Positions 39,258-49,875 of a stretch of 64,000 bases of DNA are shown here, piece by piece. Numbering within the stretch: position 1 is the stretch's first letter; every line of letters starts with the position of its first letter. The notes under the pieces were generated by a model that saw only the letters and a list, made by a program, of their open reading frames with translations, was not told where the DNA came from and searched no databases. The stretch is from Dehalococcoidia bacterium. GTDB lineage: Bacteria > Chloroflexota > Dehalococcoidia > SM23-28-2 > RBG-16-64-32. Location: NCBI GenBank assembly GCA_963665775.2, contig CAXXTF010000002.1:256001-320000 (forward strand). The letters run 5' to 3'. A program made the translations under genes and the position numbers.

Positions 39258-39880
39258 GAACTCGCACTTCCTTCCCTAGGAATGGGCCATCGGTATTACC
39301 TTGGCCAGCGATAGGCTATCGGTATATCTAAGGGTAACAGGCCGGAGATGCTATAGCAATATCGGGGTAACTAGCCGAGAGTGCTACGCCCACGTTCTTG
39401 TGCCTGATCGCCCTATCGAGATACGCTAGGGCGGCCACAGGGCCGTCCAGCCGCGGCTCTAGACGCGAAAGAGGGTAATTCGATGATTCGCAGCCTTAGC
39501 CGCAAGGTACCGAAGATCGCCGAATCGGCATGGCTAAGCGAGGCCGCCCATGTCGTTGGCTCTCCGGCGACGATAACGGAGGCGACGCCCGAACAGCTGG
39601 CGCAGTCTCCGGCAACAAGGTGGCGATGATGACCCCTACGGACAGCTGCTCCGCCGTTACAAAGTACGGGGGCTGTGATACACCGCTCGCCACGTCCCGC
39701 GTTCTACTCGGTATCCGCTGACAGTAGACAGCGAGCGGCCCCCCATCGCTGGCCGGCGTTGCTTCACGCCCAACAACTATACGGAATAAACACCTGCCGG
39801 GCAGACGAGAGACGTAACGGGCAGCCGCCCTCTCCGGTCCTAATTGATAGACATCCAGGCCACACTAGGAGCGAGTAGCC

Positions 39881-40483
39881 TTGATTGAGCAGCACCAAGA
39901 GCTGTATATACCAGCCGACGAGCGCTCCCTGCGCCGCGCCCAGCGTAGGGTCCACGAGCTGGACAAGGGCGTCCGGGACTGGGCCCAATCCGTCATCGCT
40001 ATCCTCCCGAGAGGTCTGGCGATCCTGGAGGACGAGGCCCAGATTCTGGCCCTTTACCTTGCCCAGCAGCGACGCCTCAACCTGGAGATGGACGCCCGGA
40101 GCGGCGATGAGACCCTGCGCGGCCGTCTCGGCCGTATTATCCCCTTCCTCGCCGACGGCGAAGATGACTGGGATATGATGCGGGCCACCCACAAAATGGT
40201 CGCTGCCCGTCTGGAGACCGATACCGAGCAGGCTTGCCAGCGCTTCTGCGACAACCTCGGCGTACCGTCGGTCTGTGATCCTGCTATCGACTGGCGCGTC
40301 GCTATCCGCTACCTGGCCCAGGAGGTCCACCGCCTCGCCAGCCGGATGGGCGTCACGATCCGATACTCCGCTCCCCCTCAGCGTTTCGAGCTGGCCCTGG
40401 CCGCCCGCGACCTGGCCATCGAGGTCTCTGCCAAGAGGCGCGACATGCTCAAGATCTTCCTCCCCGACAGGGAATCCGCCTGA
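39881..40483 (+). CDS. Hypothetical protein
   Basis: 200-aa ORF with high GC3 and an AGGAG RBS. Confidence 0.7.
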   Translation: MIEQHQELYIPADERSLRRAQRRVHELDKGVRDWAQSVIAILPRGLAILEDEAQILALYLAQQRRLNLEMDARSGDETLRGRLGRIIPFLADGEDDWDMMRATHKMVAARLETDTEQACQRFCDNLGVPSVCDPAIDWRVAIRYLAQEVHRLASRMGVTIRYSAPPQRFELALAARDLAIEVSAKRRDMLKIFLPDRESA

Positions 40484-40653
40484 CGCCCGGCTAGACATCG
40501 GAGGCGGGAAGGCCGCCGCACACACCGCTGCTGACTCAGGGTTTACCCGCTCCCGCGTACTGGCAGGGACCGCGATCTGGTGCTCGGGAGCAGCCACCCG
40601 CGGCTCTGACTCAGCGTACTCCGTACCTGCTATACTGATATAGCCAATAGCGC

Positions 40654-40729
<76 letters not shown>

Positions 40730-40806
40730 GATTTTGTATCTAAATCTTAGACCCACCTGGTGCCGATGAGGTACCAGATGGTGCTTTGACAGCAACCCGA
40801 AGAAAA

Positions 40807-41928
40807 CTAACCCCTGAGGATGGCGTCCATCGCCAGAGCCGCCTGCCTATGCATCGCTGGCGTGGTGTGGCTGTAGAGGTCCAGGGTGACGGCAATGGTC
40901 GCGTGTCCCAGCATGTCTGACACGATCTTGGGGTGCATACCTTGACCCAGTAGCAGGGTAGCGGCCGTGTGTCTGAGGTCATGAAAACGGACTCGGGGCA
41001 GTCCAGCCCTCGCCAAGAGTGGTCTGAATGAGCGGTCGAGAAGGTTGGTTGCCTCGATTGGACGGCCCACCTGATTGGCGAACACCAGGTCGTTATCCTC
41101 CCAGGCAGTGCCCAGCCATAGTCGCTCAGCGGATTGTCGTGCCCGATGTTCTCGCAACGAGGCAATGGCGGCATCAGTTAGTGCGACCTGACGTCGGGAG
41201 CGTGCTGTCTTGGGCTCAGCGAAGGTGAAGCCGTCGCGGGTTTTCTGCAGCGTTGCCTTCACCTGTACGGTGCCGCCGCCCAGGTCCACATCCGGCCAGC
41301 GCAACGCTAGGAGTTCTCCCTGCCTCATGCCCGTAGTTACAGCCAGAACATAGAGTGCTTCTAACCTGTCTCCACGAGCGGCATCCAGGAGCTTCCGGAC
41401 TTGTTCGGAGGATAATGTAGACATCTCTCGGTGCTGGACCCTAGGCGGAGTCGCCAGACTGGCCACATTTCTGGTCGTCAGGCCCCAGCGCGTGGCCTGA
41501 GCAAGCGCGCCGTGCAGGACGGTATGTAGGTGCGCCACGCTAGTAGGCGACAGGCCAGCCTCCAGCCTGTTGGCGTAGAGGCGCTGTAAGTGCTGCGGGG
41601 TGAGCTTGGTCAATGCGACGCGACCGATCCCCGGTATTGCATGCAGTCGGACGTATTGCTCATACCTGATCCAGGTCCTGGGCCTGACTGCGGCCTTGGT
41701 GGTTTCCAGCCAGCTCTGCAAGAACTGACCCACGGTCTGGCGCTCACCGAGCACGGGCAGACCGTCCTGGCGGGCCTTCAGAGCCGCGTTCAGCTTCCGA
41801 GACACCTCCTGGCGGGTCGCGCCGTACAGGTGCTGGCGACGACCGTTATCGACGCTGACGCTGCCTACCCAGCGGCCATCGGAGCGCTTGTAGATGGAGC
41901 CCTCGCCGTTCGCTCTACGCTTCATCAT
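40807..41928 (-). CDS. Tyrosine recombinase/integrase (Tn916/ICEBs1-like)
   Basis: RRANGEGSIY, TGMRQGEL, PKT, FHDLRH, LGH and YSH catalytic residues. Confidence 0.93.
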   Translation of the reverse strand: MMKRRANGEGSIYKRSDGRWVGSVSVDNGRRQHLYGATRQEVSRKLNAALKARQDGLPVLGERQTVGQFLQSWLETTKAAVRPRTWIRYEQYVRLHAIPGIGRVALTKLTPQHLQRLYANRLEAGLSPTSVAHLHTVLHGALAQATRWGLTTRNVASLATPPRVQHREMSTLSSEQVRKLLDAARGDRLEALYVLAVTTGMRQGELLALRWPDVDLGGGTVQVKATLQKTRDGFTFAEPKTARSRRQVALTDAAIASLREHRARQSAERLWLGTAWEDNDLVFANQVGRPIEATNLLDRSFRPLLARAGLPRVRFHDLRHTAATLLLGQGMHPKIVSDMLGHATIAVTLDLYSHTTPAMHRQAALAMDAILRG

Positions 41929-42992
41929 CGCTTCCCTCCGGCGGATCAACGGAAGGTATCCACATGGGATACGGGTGCAGTAGGCGCCGCAGAGCATTCT
42001 TGCAGTCTCGATCAAAGTTGGTGTCCGCCCTGTACTTCCACTGAGGAAAGGCCTTGTTCCAGGCAGCCATTCGGTCGCGGATTCGGTCTCCCGTTGGCCT
42101 CGTAGACACGAACATGGCGAGCCTGGTGTGCTTTTCCGTGATTTCTCGGTGCCTGCCAGATACATACTGCCGACGCATCCCTCGGTAGAATTTAGCAACG
42201 TCTGCCGGCGACATCGCTGGATCGATGGTGAGCTAGATGCGAGCGAGAGCCGAAATCGCGCTGTTTTCTCTGCTGTTGCCTTCGATCGTTTTGATCAGAG
42301 GAGTGTGACCGGTTAGCACGAAGTTGGTGGCCTGGGGAGCTTCCCAGCCGTATCCGGCAGCGAGTTTCCTAGAGAGCTGGCCGAGGCGATGGAGTGTTCC
42401 TCCCACCTTAATTCTTACTGAGCGGAAGGGGTCGTAATCTTCTTCATCCAAATACTCTAGCAAGAGGTATCCCTGAGGCACCGCTGGGCTCTGCTTCGAG
42501 ATGGTGAGCGGTGGACTCGTATAGACTTGATACTTATCAAACTGGACGTCATGTCCATCTGGCACCAGAACGCTCAACCAGATACTGGCAAGCCCTTCCT
42601 CATCTTTCATCCTCGAAACCCAGCTTGGGACATCCTTCGGACTAAGTAGGGTATCGCTTAGCACGTCGTCGCGGAACTGGATTACTTCTGGATGCTGACT
42701 TGCCCTCGCGGCAAGAAGTGACGAGATTACCTCCCGCCTCTCCGGTAGTCCCGTGGTTACGGATGACTGCTTCTTGGCAGAGATCATTTCAACGCGTTTG
42801 CGAGGCATAGGCACCGAGAATCCAAAGGCAGATAAGAGCTCTCTGGTTTCCTTAGCCAGGTCGCGAATCGTCCACTCGCCTTCGATGACCTCAGACAGAA
42901 AATCCTTATCCAGGTAGGTAGTTCCACGCCCGGTCCGGCAGTGGCGAGCCCAGCTCGTTTTCCAGGTCCCGGCGTAGGTCGTCAATTATCAT
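41915..42992 (-). pseudogene. Hypothetical integrase-associated protein with a frameshift (~42915) and an in-frame TAG (42233-42235)
   Basis: MIIDDLRRDLENELG...WNYL then a frame change; ARI*LTIDPAMSPADV continues in frame and overlaps the integrase start. Confidence 0.65.
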
Positions 42993-43094
42993 TGAAATGA
43001 TTCAGTATAACCTGTTTGATACAATATAAGTGTAATCGATCATATCCAATATACCGCATTGCTGGTGTGTTGGCAAGACCGGAGGAGGACTTCA

Positions 43095-43292
43095 ATGGAA
43101 AAAGCACTCTTGACTGTTGCCGAGGTGAGTGCTCGCCTCGGTCTGAGTAGGTCGCTCGTTTACCGGTACATCATGAGCGGGCAGATCCTGTCAATAAAGT
43201 GTGGACGTGCGCGTAGGGTTCCCGTGGCTGCGGTAGACGAGTTCGTGCGTCGTCTCCAAGAGGAGCAGGCGGACATCGAGCTTCCACGATGA
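43095..43292 (+). CDS. Excisionase-like HTH protein
   Basis: LLTVAEVSARLGLSRSLVYRYIMSGQILSIKCGRARRVP; GGAGG RBS. Confidence 0.88.
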   Translation: MEKALLTVAEVSARLGLSRSLVYRYIMSGQILSIKCGRARRVPVAAVDEFVRRLQEEQADIELPR

Positions 43293-44728
43293 TCGGGGAT
43301 AGTGACGACCCAGTCGGGGGTGACCCACCGGTTTCTTCGGTTAATTCGGTTAATTCGCCGGTTGTGTTCCCCCGGGGGGGTGCGGCCCCGATACCCGTAC
43401 CGGCCTTTCCCCTGGACGTGTTGCCAGGTCCGATGCGCAAGCTGACGGAAGAGGGGGCTGCCACGTTGGGCGTGCCGCCGGACCTTATAGCGGTGCCTCA
43501 ACTTACGTTCGCCGGGGCAACTATTGGTAACACCTGCCGAATCCAGCTGAAGCCTGGCTTTGAGCAGTACCCCACTCTATATGCTGGGACGATAGCCCCA
43601 CCGGGGGCCACCAAGTCTCCGGCGCTCGACCTCGCCCGTTATCCGCTCGATGTACTCCAAAAGGAGGCCTTCAACAAGCAGGGGAAAAGCGCTCCGCCTA
43701 GCATCGATCCACCCACAGGTCACTCAAAGAGTAAGGAGCACTACTTCTCCACCGACGCCACCACTGAAGCGATAGCCGAGATGCTCACCTACTCGGCTGG
43801 GCTTGTCCTGATCCGAGATGAACTTGTCGGCTGGGTCAAGTTGTTCGATGCCTACCGCGCCGGTCGAGGCGGAGACAGGCAGAACTGGCTGTCACTTTGG
43901 TCAGCAGCGTCTTTGAAGGTGGATAGGAAGACCGCTGACCCGATCTACGTGCCCAATCCAGTGGTCTGCGTCTGCGGTGGTATTCAGCCGGATGTGCTGC
44001 CGCAGTTAGCCCAGGAGGCTGGGCGGAGAGATGGGTTTATCGAGCGTATCCTGTGGGCATATCCAGAGACGAAAACGTCCTTGTGGACGGAGAGCACCGT
44101 ACCTCAGGGGACTAAAGACGCGGCAGTAGAGCTCTTTCGTAAGCTCCGTCAGGATAACCAGCAGACGGTGACACTGAGCGCCCCAGCTACCGCCCTCTGG
44201 GTTCCCTGGTACAACAGCAACGCCAAGCTGGTCGAGGGCGCCGTCGGCCTCATCGCTGGCGTGTACGAAAAGCTGCCCAACCAAGCGGCACGGATCGCTC
44301 TCATTCTCCACTGTCTAAGCCACCCTAACTCGCCATCAGGGATGCCGGTGGACGCTACTACGATGTCTGCAGCCCTTGAACTGGCGGAGTACTTTCGCGG
44401 CCATGCCATCAAGACCATGCCCCACTTTGGCATCGCAGCGATCGCCCCGAGCGGCGGCCTTGCAGTCCGGGCCATAGCAGTGTTGCGGAAGGCCGCACCG
44501 ACCTGGGTAGACCGAACCCAGCTTCATATCCAGCTCGGCGGGCATGCTACTGCCGCAGACTTGGACCAGGCGGTCTCCGATCTAAAGAGCTTGGGGTTGG
44601 CGGAGGATCGCACGGTGTCGGCGGGACCGGCCGGTGGGCGCCCGTCGGAACAATGGCGGGCAAAACCCATAGGCGAAGAAACCGAAGATACCGAAGAAAC
44701 CACAAAACCCCAGGCGCAGGTGCCGTGA
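43289..44728 (+). CDS. DUF3987/YfjI-family helicase-like protein
   Basis: FPLDVLP, APPGATKSP, DATTEA, RDEL, GGIQP and DGFIER motifs. Confidence 0.85.
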   Translation: MIGDSDDPVGGDPPVSSVNSVNSPVVFPRGGAAPIPVPAFPLDVLPGPMRKLTEEGAATLGVPPDLIAVPQLTFAGATIGNTCRIQLKPGFEQYPTLYAGTIAPPGATKSPALDLARYPLDVLQKEAFNKQGKSAPPSIDPPTGHSKSKEHYFSTDATTEAIAEMLTYSAGLVLIRDELVGWVKLFDAYRAGRGGDRQNWLSLWSAASLKVDRKTADPIYVPNPVVCVCGGIQPDVLPQLAQEAGRRDGFIERILWAYPETKTSLWTESTVPQGTKDAAVELFRKLRQDNQQTVTLSAPATALWVPWYNSNAKLVEGAVGLIAGVYEKLPNQAARIALILHCLSHPNSPSGMPVDATTMSAALELAEYFRGHAIKTMPHFGIAAIAPSGGLAVRAIAVLRKAAPTWVDRTQLHIQLGGHATAADLDQAVSDLKSLGLAEDRTVSAGPAGGRPSEQWRAKPIGEETEDTEETTKPQAQVP

Positions 44729-44959
44729 TGTTGGATCAGCTAGGGGTGATTTCTATATCCACCAGTTGGATGAAATGTGTTAACGGCTCAAGGGTGTGCA
44801 CAGTACCGTCCCGGCGCGAACGTTGGTACCCAGTCATGGTCGGTCCGGGCCTGGTATGGCGCCCGCGGGCGTCCACATTATCAACGCAATGCGGAGGGCC
44901 TCCCATCCATGTGCGGTAGGATTGTACAACAACAGTCGGAGGGAGAGGTGAACGAGGGA

Positions 44960-45097
44960 ATGTATGGGTACAAGATCATAAACGCCGTGACTCACCACGG
45001 GCTGGAGAAGGAGTTGAACAAGCAGGCGGCACAGGGCTGGCGGGTTGTGGCGGGTTGCCATCTCAACACGCTCGTCCTTGAGCGGGCGAAGTCGTAA
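44960..45097 (+). CDS. DUF4177-like small protein
   Basis: YKII...LEKELNKQAAQGWRVV...LER. Confidence 0.65.
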   Translation: MYGYKIINAVTHHGLEKELNKQAAQGWRVVAGCHLNTLVLERAKS

Positions 45098-45112
45098 GCA
45101 AAGGACAATCGA

Positions 45113-45646
45113 TTGCATCAAGTAGATAATTACCTAGAGGTGGTCCAAGAGGCCGTGGACAGGACCGGCATGGACCAGATCCCGATAACAGACCGGACCA
45201 GGCTGCTGAGCGACAACGGCCCCGGCTATGTATCCAGAGCCTTCAGAGACTACCTGGGTATGGTGGGCATCAAGCACATCCTGGCAACGCCCTTCCATCC
45301 TCAGACCAACGGCAAGCTGGAGCGCTACCACCAGACCCTCAAGCGTGATGTGAACCAACTGCCGTATGAGATGCCTTCAGACTTGGAGGCGGCCATCGTG
45401 GCCTTCGTCAGCTACTACAACTACCGACGCTATCACAAGGCCCTCGGCAACGTGACGCCCTCGGATGTCCTCAAGGGAAGGCGGCAGGAGATCCTACTAA
45501 GAAGAAAGGAGGTGCAGGCCCAAACAATCGAACGGCGAAGACAGCACAATAGGGCCATCAGGGAGCTTACGAGACCTCTATCCGACCCCCGATCTCTCGG
45601 GTCTCAAAGTGTCCCAATTTTGCTGGTTGCCATCAATGCTGGCTGA
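45113..45646 (+). pseudogene. IS3/IS481-family transposase, C-terminal integrase-core fragment
   Basis: LLSDNG, HPQTNGKLERYH and YNYRRYHKALGNVTP; IS end-like AAAGTGTCCCAATTTTGCTG at ~45606. Confidence 0.8.
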
Positions 45647-45728
45647 TAGAATAACAGCTACAGGGTCCAGGTACGTAATGAGCTTGCCACCAAAGGCGGC
45701 GCCGCCCATATGAAGGAGGGAGTACTGT

Positions 45729-46463
45729 ATGGCTACCCAGGACTGGGGTCGGCTGTCGAGCGAACTGTCGGATGCGCTTGGCATCGACGTTCCGCCCATC
45801 GCGATCACTTTTTTAAGCTATATTCCGGAGGAGATCGCTGCCTTTGACGCACCGATGCCGCCGCCCACGCCTGATGGCCGCACGGGACGTGTCCCCGCTG
45901 GATGCGTCTTTTGGATGCTGTCGACACACCGCACTTTCACGACCCTGCCCCAGGACCACTTTAACTGCAGTGTAGGCAGTCTGACACACGGGCTCAAGAA
46001 GCTGGAGGAGGTGGCGAGAAACAGCGACGTCGCCGAACTCCTAGACTGCGGCTGGGTAACTCTGGATGTCGTCCAGCAGATCCCAACCGTCAATGAGCGT
46101 CCCGCCTCCATTGTCTATGGGCCCCTTTCCCAGGCGACGCTTGAGCCCGATGTCGTGCTATTGCGCATCAGCGCCAGGCAGCTGATGGTGCTCTCAGAGG
46201 CGCTCCCCGATCTGCGCATTGAAGGGAAGCCTCAGTGCCACATCGTGGCGATCGCGAAGGACCAGGCGGAGGTGGTGGCTAGCGTGGGTTGCCAGCTGAG
46301 CCGTGTTCGAACGGGCATGTCCAACTCGGAGATGACATGCGCCATCCCGGCCAACCGCCTCGCCGAGATCGTCGACCGTCTACACGCCACCGCCAGGGCG
46401 GACAACGCCGTGGCTCGCTACGCCGCCGAAGATTCACGGCGCTTCTCTACTCTAGAACCTTGA
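45729..46463 (+). CDS. DUF169 family protein
   Basis: PAGCVFW, NCSVG, PDVV, KPQC and SVGCQLSR motifs; AGGAGG RBS. Confidence 0.75.
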   Translation: MATQDWGRLSSELSDALGIDVPPIAITFLSYIPEEIAAFDAPMPPPTPDGRTGRVPAGCVFWMLSTHRTFTTLPQDHFNCSVGSLTHGLKKLEEVARNSDVAELLDCGWVTLDVVQQIPTVNERPASIVYGPLSQATLEPDVVLLRISARQLMVLSEALPDLRIEGKPQCHIVAIAKDQAEVVASVGCQLSRVRTGMSNSEMTCAIPANRLAEIVDRLHATARADNAVARYAAEDSRRFSTLEP

Positions 46464-46551
46464 CTGGTCCGCGGGCGCGATCAGAGCCAACTCATGTGTA
46501 GTGACACCTTCAGGCCAGTGGTAAAAACATACGGGATAAGTAGTTAGGGGC

Positions 46552-46580
46552 TTGACAAATAGGGGCGGGTCGCGTAGAAT
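46552..46580 (+). promoter_or_regulatory. Sigma70 promoter of the IS1595-family transposase
   Basis: TTGACA-17-TAGAAT. Confidence 0.65.
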
Positions 46581-46611
46581 CCTATCACAGTCAGATAGGA
46601 GCGACGCGGAA

Positions 46612-47166
46612 ATGGACCTCATCAAAGTCTTCCAGCGATTCCCCGACCACGAGTCCTGCATCGAGCACCTAGAGCGTGTCCGCTGGGGCGACACGCCGGC
46701 CTGCCCGCGCTGCGGGGCCATCAATGTAGCCCGCAAGGCCGAGAACGACCGGATAGGACGCTGGAACTGCCACGAGTGCAAGTCCAGCTTCAATGTCCTG
46801 TCGGGGACCATCTTCCAGAAGACGAAGATTCCCCTTCAGAAGTGGTTCCTCGCGATCTCGCTGGTACTGAACGCCAAGAAGGGCCTATCGTCCTACCAGT
46901 TAGCCCGCGACCTTGAACTGAACCAGAAGAGCGCATGGTATCTAGTGATGCGGGTACGGCGGGCTATGGTGGACGAGGGAACACTGCTGACCGGCATCGT
47001 AGAGGCGGACGAAGCCTACATCGGCGGGAAGCCGCGCAAGCCCAACAAGCGGGAAGACGACAGGCGAGGACCGCGCGGGCGTGGGACAGACAAGCTCCCA
47101 ATCATCGGAGCGGTGGAACGCGGCGGCAAGCTGGGCTACCGTCTCCTGGCCCTTCACCGCCTCTAG
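46612..47166 (+). pseudogene. IS1595-family transposase, 3'-truncated
   Basis: CPRCG...CHEC Zn ribbon, GTIF and VEADEAYIGG; homology ends after VERGGK. Confidence 0.85.
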
Positions 47167-47326
47167 GCCTGCCCCTGCGTAGGCAAAGAGATTTTGCCCT
47201 TGAAAGCCGAGCTGTGCTTCCTTCGTCCTTTCGACATTTCCCAGTTCTTCCCGACAGCATCAGCGGCCCTTAGTTTAGGGGCAGGATTCTCTGTTAACTA
47301 CTTGTCTGCAATTTTGGCTCCCCCTC
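47120..47326 (-). pseudogene. IS3-family left end and OrfA remnant truncating the IS1595
   Basis: MSKGRRKHSSAFK...LEAVKGQETVAQLAA on the minus strand, disrupted. Confidence 0.6.
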
Positions 47327-47335
47327 AGCCGGCTG

Positions 47336-48838
47336 CTATCCCGTTTCCTGATCCTGGTCCTGATCCCTGCGAGAGACAGTAACCTTGGGAGTCGGTAGAT
47401 CAAAATGAAACCTTACCGTGCCACCTGGCACCTCGTGATCACGGTTTAAGGGACGGGCTTTGGATTTATACTCGACCCCAGAAATGCTGAGAACCTTCAG
47501 ACTTTGCAGGTCGAGTCTAAGTATGCTGTCCCCGTGATTGCCTTGGGTTTCTGGGTCAACGGTCGTAGGATCTTCAACACTCGGTTCAGTTTCCGTAGGT
47601 GCTCTCTGGGGTTCAGTTTGGACGAGTGAATCCTTGTTCGATTCGGTTCCTGGCTGTGGAATACCCGGCCGTGGCGGTATCCTGACTCGAAGACTGGGAC
47701 CGGGTCCATCAGCCTCAACACTATGGGCACCGTTAAACAGTACTATGTTGTGTCCGCCCCCTCCGGTCTGGGCAGAACTGAAGATGATCCCATGGAGGCG
47801 AGGTTCGACCCGGTTGGCCAGATACTCGGACACAATCTGGGTTGCGATATATTCTCGAGCCTCCTCATGTGGCATGACAGGCCTGCTTATTTCTCCAACC
47901 AATTCCTTTAGGAACCTCTCTCGGCTTCGTTTTTCAATGTAATTGGGGTCAAAGTGACTGAAGTTGGAATACACGATCGACAGTGCTTCAAGATCGAGGA
48001 CGCGGATCGGGTTCAACAGGTCGAACTTCACAAGGACCACGAAGCTCCCCACAGGGGCACGAACCTCCGATACGCACGTGTCCTCTTCTAGGGCACCGTA
48101 GAAGACTGGAATACCCTCAGCGTTCATTCGGCCAGCGGCAGCCTTTTCCGAAGGGGGAGGACCGAGTTGACTACTCAAGGATTCGAGTATGGACCTAATT
48201 TCAGGCTCCGAATGGGCTGTCCGAGCTCGCCAGAAAGAGCTATCCTTGTCGCCCGGCGTTATTTCACGAACAACTGATTTGCCCCGGACGGTTTCGAGGG
48301 AAGCCAGGTTTTCGAAAATCCTGTCTAATGTGGCCGCAGGGGTGGCCCCGAAAAACCGGGCACGGGAACGAATTTCTTCCTTGAAGTCCCACCAAGCTGA
48401 GTGGAGGCCTGAGGTTGACACCTCAGGTTCTACATACAACATCCCACCGCTGGAGGGGTTGTCCTTGCCTTCCACGACATCTACCGTCTGAGCACACCTG
48501 TTGAACAAATGCTCCCTCACGTCCGCCGCGATACATTGTTCAATGCGAGCAACATCTTTTATAATGGTTTCAGCGTTGTCCGAGGCTTGCCTACATTGCT
48601 CCGTGAGGTCGTCCCGCGGGCGGAGTTCGAAATGCTCTTCCAGCACGCGACGGATGCGGTCGGACAGATCTTCTAGGGTTAATGTAGTCTTCGTCCCACG
48701 GCAATAGGTGCACTCCTCTCGGGTACCTTCTTTCTCCACCTGCTCGGCTAGAAACTTGTCGCCTATGCAGGCATGGCATACATACTGAGGCCTTTTAGGC
48801 TTCAAAGCGCTATCTCCAGTGGTTGTTGGCATATACAT
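47336..48838 (-). CDS. RES domain protein with an N-terminal Zn-binding domain
   Basis: CHAC...CTYC; GRMN...VFYGA...VSEVR...YIATQ...GIIFSS (R-E-S residues). Confidence 0.85.
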   Translation of the reverse strand: MYMPTTTGDSALKPKRPQYVCHACIGDKFLAEQVEKEGTREECTYCRGTKTTLTLEDLSDRIRRVLEEHFELRPRDDLTEQCRQASDNAETIIKDVARIEQCIAADVREHLFNRCAQTVDVVEGKDNPSSGGMLYVEPEVSTSGLHSAWWDFKEEIRSRARFFGATPAATLDRIFENLASLETVRGKSVVREITPGDKDSSFWRARTAHSEPEIRSILESLSSQLGPPPSEKAAAGRMNAEGIPVFYGALEEDTCVSEVRAPVGSFVVLVKFDLLNPIRVLDLEALSIVYSNFSHFDPNYIEKRSRERFLKELVGEISRPVMPHEEAREYIATQIVSEYLANRVEPRLHGIIFSSAQTGGGGHNIVLFNGAHSVEADGPGPSLRVRIPPRPGIPQPGTESNKDSLVQTEPQRAPTETEPSVEDPTTVDPETQGNHGDSILRLDLQSLKVLSISGVEYKSKARPLNRDHEVPGGTVRFHFDLPTPKVTVSRRDQDQDQETG

Positions 48839-49159
48839 CTACCATCAGGCATCCATTCGGTATCAGCCCAAGTCAGCTCGGCAGCTTCCTAAAGGCGAAG
48901 CAGGTCGTCCCGCATCACCGAGAGTAGCGCAACGCCCACCCTTGCCCGGGCTGCCGCCTACTGGAGATTCCCTGTGTCCGGATGGGCCGATTCGGGGAGC
49001 CGTGGCCGATGCCTTGATTGCCGCCAAGCTTTCACCGGGGTTTGAGTAGAGTGACCTGCCCCTATAAACGCTACCACAGGCTATGTTAGTGTGGCCATCG
49101 CCGTAGTCTCCAGGGATGGCGCGGTGGAGCCCGGCCATGGCACGATCGCTTGCGGTGCT

Positions 49160-49291
49160 GGCGGCCAGGAGGCTGGCCAGGGCTCGGTGGACGGTCGCGT
49201 GAGGCTCTCCCAGGATGCCTGCCAGCTCTGCGGAGTCGATGAACGGCATCCGGCTGAGGGAGTCGAGCAGTTGTCGGTCGGCGAGTGCCAT
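49160..49291 (-). pseudogene. N-terminal HTH remnant of a replication-relaxation-like protein
   Basis: MALADRQLLDSLSRMPFIDSAELAGILGEPHATVHRALASL, after which the coding signal is lost. Confidence 0.4.
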
Positions 49292-49364
49292 ATGTTGACC
49301 CTGGCAGAGTGCTGGCCGCGGCCACGCCCATCCTGTCAGAGCAAGCAAGACTCACCATGAGATA

Positions 49365-49817
49365 CTAGCGGCGCGGATGTAACCGGAGCCATTCAACGGA
49401 CGCAAGTTGATTGAAAATCCCATCATACCCGTTGTCGTTGGGGACCCAACTCGGATAAAGCTCGACCGCATTGAACACCTGTTTGACCTGCTGGATTTCG
49501 TCGAAACTCAGGCGGCTCGATTGGCCTAACAGAATTTGCTGAATCTGTTGGTGAAACCACTGAAACTGAGCCTTCCGCACCTCATCTCTTGGGAATTTTC
49601 GGCCAATCGGATGGTCGGTAAGGTCTAGGTCGGAAGCACTGTAGATCATATCTCTCGACTGTTTAATCGTCTTGGCAAGATGCCGGATCTGCTCCCATCT
49701 TTCGTGGCTACCCTGGATCACGCTTTTCATCCAATGGAGCAGGCCCAATATGAGACCGGAGATTAGACCCGCCGAAGCCCCGATCGTTATGCCCTCCAAT
49801 AGCGTATCAATGGTCAA
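49365..49817 (-). CDS. Hypothetical protein with an N-terminal TM helix
   Basis: 150-aa ORF, GGAGG RBS, lower GC. Confidence 0.65.
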   Translation of the reverse strand: MTIDTLLEGITIGASAGLISGLILGLLHWMKSVIQGSHERWEQIRHLAKTIKQSRDMIYSASDLDLTDHPIGRKFPRDEVRKAQFQWFHQQIQQILLGQSSRLSFDEIQQVKQVFNAVELYPSWVPNDNGYDGIFNQLASVEWLRLHPRR

Positions 49818-49875
49818 TCTGGCCTCCTTCCGTTACATGGCAGCGTGGTTGTGTGGGGAAGTACTAGCCCTGCGG

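Larger units (their letters stand above)
40730..44728. mobile_element. Core of an integrative element at tRNA-Trp (integrase, regulator remnant, excisionase, DUF3987); distal end not found
   Basis: Integrase ends 77 bp from the tRNA 3' end; divergent xis-helicase operon. Confidence 0.8.

Noticed and set aside
39473-39548. Resemblance to a c-di-GMP-I (GEMM) riboswitch
   Set aside because: No GNRA-capped P2 stem or intact GGCAAA/CGCAAAG core; kept only as a generic structured segment.
47165-47180. CCTGCCCCTGC as a possible attR of the tRNA-Trp island
   Set aside because: Match is too short and gapped relative to the tRNA 3' end.
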